A DNA stretch of 64,000 nucleotides from the IMG/VR virus record IMGVR_UViG_3300027788_000004, positions 68,787 to 132,786 of that record; one strand, written 5' to 3'. The notes below the pieces were generated by a model. It ran no database searches and was not told the DNA's origin. It saw only the letters and a list, made by a program, of their open reading frames with translations. Both the position numbers and the translations under genes were made by a program. Source of the DNA: a virus. Below, piece by piece: positions 60,160 to 64,000 of this stretch (its first letter is position 1; the number at the start of each line of letters is the position of its first letter).

Positions 60160-61134
60160 ATGGCTTTAGTTAAAAAAGGAAGTAAAGGCGATTCAGTTAA
60201 AGAGATACAAAAGGCATTAGGCATTGCTGCCGATGGAATCTTTGGATCTGGTACAGAATCTCATGTAAAGGATTTTCAAACAAAAAACGGTTTGACTTCC
60301 GATGGTGTTGTTGGTAGAAAAACACTTGAAGCTCTTGGAATCTTAGATGCTGATACTGATATGAATGGCTCAGCTAAACCAGATACAGATAATAAACTTA
60401 ATTATTTAGGAACATATGAAACTAAGGGAGGCTTAACTATTGATAGAGCTTATATGGATGAAGATGAATATGTTAGAGACTATGGTAAGATCGAACCATT
60501 AGGTTTCTTTATACATCACACAGCAGGTTGGGATAATCCTTATAATGTTATCAATAGTTGGAATAGAGATACTCGAGGAAGAGTTGGTACTCAGTATTGT
60601 ATTGGTGGATCTAATATAAAAGGACAAACTAAATACGATGGTGTTGTTGTTGAATGTTTTCCAAACAATTATTTAGGTTGGCATTTAGGTAAGGTCGGTA
60701 AATTTGCAATTTCTAAATTTTCAGGTGGAGTTGAATTAAATAACTTTGGGTACCTTACTCAAAAGAATGGCAAATTCTATAATTATGTAAACGTTGAGGT
60801 TCCTCCTCAATATGTTTGTGACTTAGGTTACGAGTTTAGAGGTTATAGGTATTGGCATGAATACTCAGAAAAACAAATCGAAAGTCTTAGATTATTACTA
60901 AATCATTTACAAGACATCTATCCTAAGATGGATTTGCTAAATGGTATTCCGAAATTATTACATGAAGGTGTAGATCCTAAAGACGCTTTTGAATTTAATA
61001 AAGATGCATATAACGCTAAACAATTCGGGTTATGGTCACATACTAGTGTACGAAAAGATAAGTTCGATTGCTTTCCACAAAAGGAATTAGTTAAAATGCT
61101 TAAGAATTTTTATAAGGAAAATGCAAAAATCTAA
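60160..61134 (+). CDS. endolysin: peptidoglycan-binding domain plus N-acetylmuramoyl-L-alanine amidase
   Basis: KKGSKG.SVKEIQ..L...DGIFG..T...V..FQ..GL..DGVVG (PG-binding); IHHTAG, WHLG, GVELNN, SH...RKDK.D (amidase_2); likely start ATG 60160. Confidence 0.88.
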   Translation: MALVKKGSKGDSVKEIQKALGIAADGIFGSGTESHVKDFQTKNGLTSDGVVGRKTLEALGILDADTDMNGSAKPDTDNKLNYLGTYETKGGLTIDRAYMDEDEYVRDYGKIEPLGFFIHHTAGWDNPYNVINSWNRDTRGRVGTQYCIGGSNIKGQTKYDGVVVECFPNNYLGWHLGKVGKFAISKFSGGVELNNFGYLTQKNGKFYNYVNVEVPPQYVCDLGYEFRGYRYWHEYSEKQIESLRLLLNHLQDIYPKMDLLNGIPKLLHEGVDPKDAFEFNKDAYNAKQFGLWSHTSVRKDKFDCFPQKELVKMLKNFYKENAKI

Positions 61135-61501
61135 AGTTCAAAAGATAGTAGATACTGTATATCCTCAAATCATAAAAGATCTAGGACCTGGAATAAAAGG
61201 AATAGCTCCTATAGAATTACATAAAGATATTTATGCAAGAATAAGCGGCATTAAAGGAGCTAGAGGTGAAGCTTCTAAATCTACTAAGGCTCAGTATGAT
61301 TGGGATAATAATGAGATATACATATACTATCCTAATATGAAAAACGAAGAAGATGTTTTACGTTCTATATTACATGAATATACTCATACTAAACAAGATC
61401 ATAAAAAGGAAAAGAAGTATAGAGAGCTAGGATATAAAAACAATCCACATGAAATAGAAGCTCTTAAAGCCGAAGATCAATGGAAATCCTATAGAAGTTA
61501 G
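61121..61501 (+). CDS. small zincin-like metallopeptidase
   Basis: ILHEYTH..Q and Y..NPHEIEA motifs. Confidence 0.72.
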   Translation: MQKSKVQKIVDTVYPQIIKDLGPGIKGIAPIELHKDIYARISGIKGARGEASKSTKAQYDWDNNEIYIYYPNMKNEEDVLRSILHEYTHTKQDHKKEKKYRELGYKNNPHEIEALKAEDQWKSYRS

Positions 61502-61528
61502 AAACTTTTTCATTATTTCGTCATATAA
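61501..61528 (+). promoter_or_regulatory. putative middle promoter GAAAC-N16-CATATAA
   Basis: Exact motif. Confidence 0.8.
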
Positions 61529-61554
61529 TATCTATAAACCATTACTTAAATTAT

Positions 61555-62109
61555 ATGAGTATGAAGTCCTACCTAGTGTTATCTACACTAATAATTCCTA
61601 TCGTTTCAACGACACCCTCCACATCTACATTTCCTGAAAACCTACCTACACCAGAACCAGTAATAGAATCAATACCGGAACCTGAAATAATAGTTTCTTA
61701 TGAGCTTACTATTAACGATCTTATTGATGCATTAATCTTTATAGAAAGTAGTGGTAGAGAAAATGCAATCGGAGATACTAATTTAAGAACACCATCTATT
61801 GGAGTATTACAAATTAGACAAAACTTAGTAAAGGATGTTAATCGTATACAAAAACGAAACAAACGACCTTTAAGATATACTTATGATGATCGTTTTAGTA
61901 GAGAAAAATCTATCGAAATGTTCATGATATGGCATAATCACTATCATACAAATTCAAATTTTGAAAAAATAGCAAGGTGTTGGAACGGAGGTCCACGAGG
62001 ATGGAAGAAAAACCAAACTATTCAATATTGGATAAAGGTGAACAAAGAGTTGAATTTTCCACCACCAGAATTGATGGTTTCTGACAACATCGATGATGGA
62101 TCTATATAA
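61555..62109 (+). CDS. lysozyme-like / lytic transglycosylase with N-terminal signal and Pro-rich linker
   Basis: ALIFIESSG, GVLQI, ARCWNGGP motifs. Confidence 0.78.
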   Translation: MSMKSYLVLSTLIIPIVSTTPSTSTFPENLPTPEPVIESIPEPEIIVSYELTINDLIDALIFIESSGRENAIGDTNLRTPSIGVLQIRQNLVKDVNRIQKRNKRPLRYTYDDRFSREKSIEMFMIWHNHYHTNSNFEKIARCWNGGPRGWKKNQTIQYWIKVNKELNFPPPELMVSDNIDDGSI

Positions 62110-62147
62110 ATACACACCAAAAAATATCACCTTTTTTGACTAAATAA

Positions 62148-62226
62148 TTGTTAATAACTATTGAAAAATAAGTGTCCAAAAGTTTTTATTTACCACTAAA
62201 AAGTATTATATTTATATATTAAATAA
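62148..62226 (+). repeat. conserved intergenic repeat, copy 4 (putative early promoter)
   Basis: Matches the other copies. Confidence 0.85.
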
Positions 62227-62242
62227 TTAAAACAAAAACAAT

Positions 62243-62980
62243 ATGAACAAAATTTTCGAAGTCGGTGGGTGTGTGAGAGATGAGATCCTAGGAGTACACA
62301 CAAATGATATAGACTTTACATTCGTACTAGGTAATACCAATCAAACGGTAGAGCAAGGATGGAATCAAATGGTTAAACATCTTGAAGATCAAGGTTTTAA
62401 GATATTCTTAAAAAACTTTGATTGCTTTACCGTAAGAGCAATGTTTCCTAAAGGACATCAACATGAAGGTTTAGTCGCAGATTTCGTAATGGCGAGAAAA
62501 GAGGTTGGAGTTATCGAAGGAACTAGAAAACCTATACTTGAACTTGGAACCTTGGAAGATGATCTACTTAGGAGAGACTTTACATTAAATGCTCTCGCAA
62601 AAGATTTAGATGGAACTATAATCGATCTTTTCGAAGGAAGAAAACATCTAAAAGAAAACATCTTAATAACTCCACTCGATCCTGAAAAAACTTTTATGGA
62701 CGATCCATTAAGGATGATAAGAGCTTTAAGGTTTTCAATAACTAGAGGATTCGAAATACATGAATCTCTTTGGAAAGAGATGTTCAAACCAGAATTACTC
62801 GATAAATTACAAGAAGTAGTTTCACAAGAGAGAATACAAGGAGAACTAACTAAAATGTTAAAACATGATACAGTTAAAACATTAAGGTTCTTACAAGAAA
62901 TCGATAATATAGAGCCACGTCTATTAGAGATAATGTTTGAAGGCGCAATGTGGTTAATGCCTACTAATAAATTAAAATAA
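62243..62980 (+). CDS. cca: class II tRNA nucleotidyltransferase (CCA-adding / poly(A) polymerase family)
   Basis: VGGCVRD, DIDF, DLLRRDFTLNALA, DDPLRMIRALRF, SQERI. Confidence 0.88.
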   Translation: MNKIFEVGGCVRDEILGVHTNDIDFTFVLGNTNQTVEQGWNQMVKHLEDQGFKIFLKNFDCFTVRAMFPKGHQHEGLVADFVMARKEVGVIEGTRKPILELGTLEDDLLRRDFTLNALAKDLDGTIIDLFEGRKHLKENILITPLDPEKTFMDDPLRMIRALRFSITRGFEIHESLWKEMFKPELLDKLQEVVSQERIQGELTKMLKHDTVKTLRFLQEIDNIEPRLLEIMFEGAMWLMPTNKLK

Positions 62981-62981
62981 T

Positions 62982-63224
62982 ATGAAACAAGAAGAATGGA
63001 GAAAATTCGGAGAGATACAATATATCCGAGGAAGATTAGATGAGTTATTTAAGTTAGATACAATGGTTGATTTAGATATGACTGGTATGCGAAAATTAGA
63101 TGCTAGAATATCTAAATACTTTCAAAAATTAGAAAAACTTGATCCTATGGCTTATGAATTATATCACATAGAAAGAGAAAACATCAAACATACAATTGAA
63201 AGAAGCGCTAATGTTAAAGATTGA
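62982..63224 (+). CDS. hypothetical protein
   Basis: 80-aa ORF. Confidence 0.6.
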   Translation: MKQEEWRKFGEIQYIRGRLDELFKLDTMVDLDMTGMRKLDARISKYFQKLEKLDPMAYELYHIERENIKHTIERSANVKD

Positions 63225-63831
63225 AAAAAGATTACGTAACATTAAAGGACATATATTCGCAACTAAATTTTTAGATCAACGTGGAATTGCTTCTTTAATA
63301 GAACATCATATACAGGGTGAATTTGCAAACGATGAGGTGTTTGAGTATACAGAGCCTGAATCAGTTAGATCTATCGATGACTTTACGTTAGTTAAGGATG
63401 GACACACATATTTAATGGATGTAAAAACTCATGATACAGATAGAAAATTTTCTATGCCAAATCTAATATCAGTTGAACGATTATATAAATTATATAAGTC
63501 AAATCCTGATACATCGTTTTGTTTAATCATTGCAAAATATAGAGAGTTTGGTAACGATCAAAAGATAATTAACGATGTTAGTGTATTACCTATTGAAAAC
63601 ATTAGTTGGGAATCTTTATCCGTACAGAACCTAGGTAACGGCCAAATACAAATAACTAATTTGAATAAGCCTATACTAAAATTCAAAGGTACTAGAAAAC
63701 AATGGATGGCAGAATTTACTTTACAAACAGTGAAGTTTAATGAACGATTGAAAAATAAATTAGAACAAAGAACAAAGAAATGGATAGAACGAAGCGGAAT
63801 AACTTTATTAGAATGTGCAAATAATTGTTAA
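63211..63831 (+). CDS. restriction-endonuclease-like PD-(D/E)xK protein (likely start ATG 63211)
   Basis: E..I...RSIDDF...MDVKT...MPNLISV pattern. Confidence 0.55.
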   Translation: MLKIEKRLRNIKGHIFATKFLDQRGIASLIEHHIQGEFANDEVFEYTEPESVRSIDDFTLVKDGHTYLMDVKTHDTDRKFSMPNLISVERLYKLYKSNPDTSFCLIIAKYREFGNDQKIINDVSVLPIENISWESLSVQNLGNGQIQITNLNKPILKFKGTRKQWMAEFTLQTVKFNERLKNKLEQRTKKWIERSGITLLECANNC

Positions 63832-63898
63832 TAACTATTGAAAAATAAGTGATCAAAAGTTTTTTATTTCATGTAAAAAGTATTATATTATAATATAA
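63825..63898 (+). repeat. conserved intergenic repeat, copy 5 (putative early promoter)
   Basis: Matches the other copies; followed by an ATG at 63928 whose frame runs off the window. Confidence 0.85.
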
Positions 63899-64000
63899 CA
63901 AATAAAAACAATATAAACATTTACAACATGAGTAACATCCATCATCAACACCAAGTTTTAATCGACGAGAAAATAAAAGAAAGATCAGAGTTATCGATAC

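Noticed and set aside
20153-63898. The ~78-bp repeats as a CRISPR array or IS ends
   Set aside because: Copies are dispersed, same-orientation and gene-leading, with no regular spacers, transposase or target duplications
1-64000. All minus-strand ORFs in the track (e.g. 8693-9199, 24987-25421, 36603-37175, 58545-59048)
   Set aside because: They lie antisense to well-supported + strand genes, lack recognisable motifs and look like shadow ORFs
1-64000. Stop-codon reassignment as seen in some large phages
   Set aside because: Core genes are full-length in the standard code, and TAG and TGA both end genes at sensible positions

Overview
A 64-kb, AT-rich, densely coding segment of a large T4-like (Tevenvirinae-related or jumbo) myovirus genome. 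Every credible gene is on the + strand and uses the standard code. The A-rich leaders without Shine-Dalgarno sites and the promoter-like repeats suggest a Bacteroidota (Flavobacteria-like) host, by inference. The window holds replication and recombination genes (helicase, gp46/47, clamp loader, RNase H), the head module (gp4, gp2, portal, a protease-scaffold fusion, major capsid), terminase, neck, sheath, tube, chaperone and tape-measure genes, a glycosylation/modification cluster, lysis enzymes and a tRNA nucleotidyltransferase. Main observations: (1) A putative head-packaged cargo system. About a dozen ORFs share a T4 internal-protein-like N-terminal tag (K-x-F-x-x-F-[VIL]-N-E). At least one (53066-54991, possibly also 5479-7215) looks like a polyprotein of 60-95 aa modules joined by E-S-[VIL]-x-E prohead-protease sites, and the cargo includes a RimK-RimB-like fusion, a zincin and a nuclease-like protein. 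(2) A three-tier sigma cascade readable from DNA motifs: a ~78-bp early repeat precedes an ECF-like sigma, GAAAC-N16-CATATAA promoters precede a minimal gp55, and RATATATAA promoters precede late genes. (3) A nested late promoter and in-frame start inside the protease-scaffold fusion. (4) G-x-[T/S]-rich inserts in surface virion proteins together with phage glycosyltransferases, suggesting virion glycosylation. All protein calls come from motif recognition and synteny by eye; no database searches were run. No tRNA, rRNA, CRISPR array or IS element was seen.
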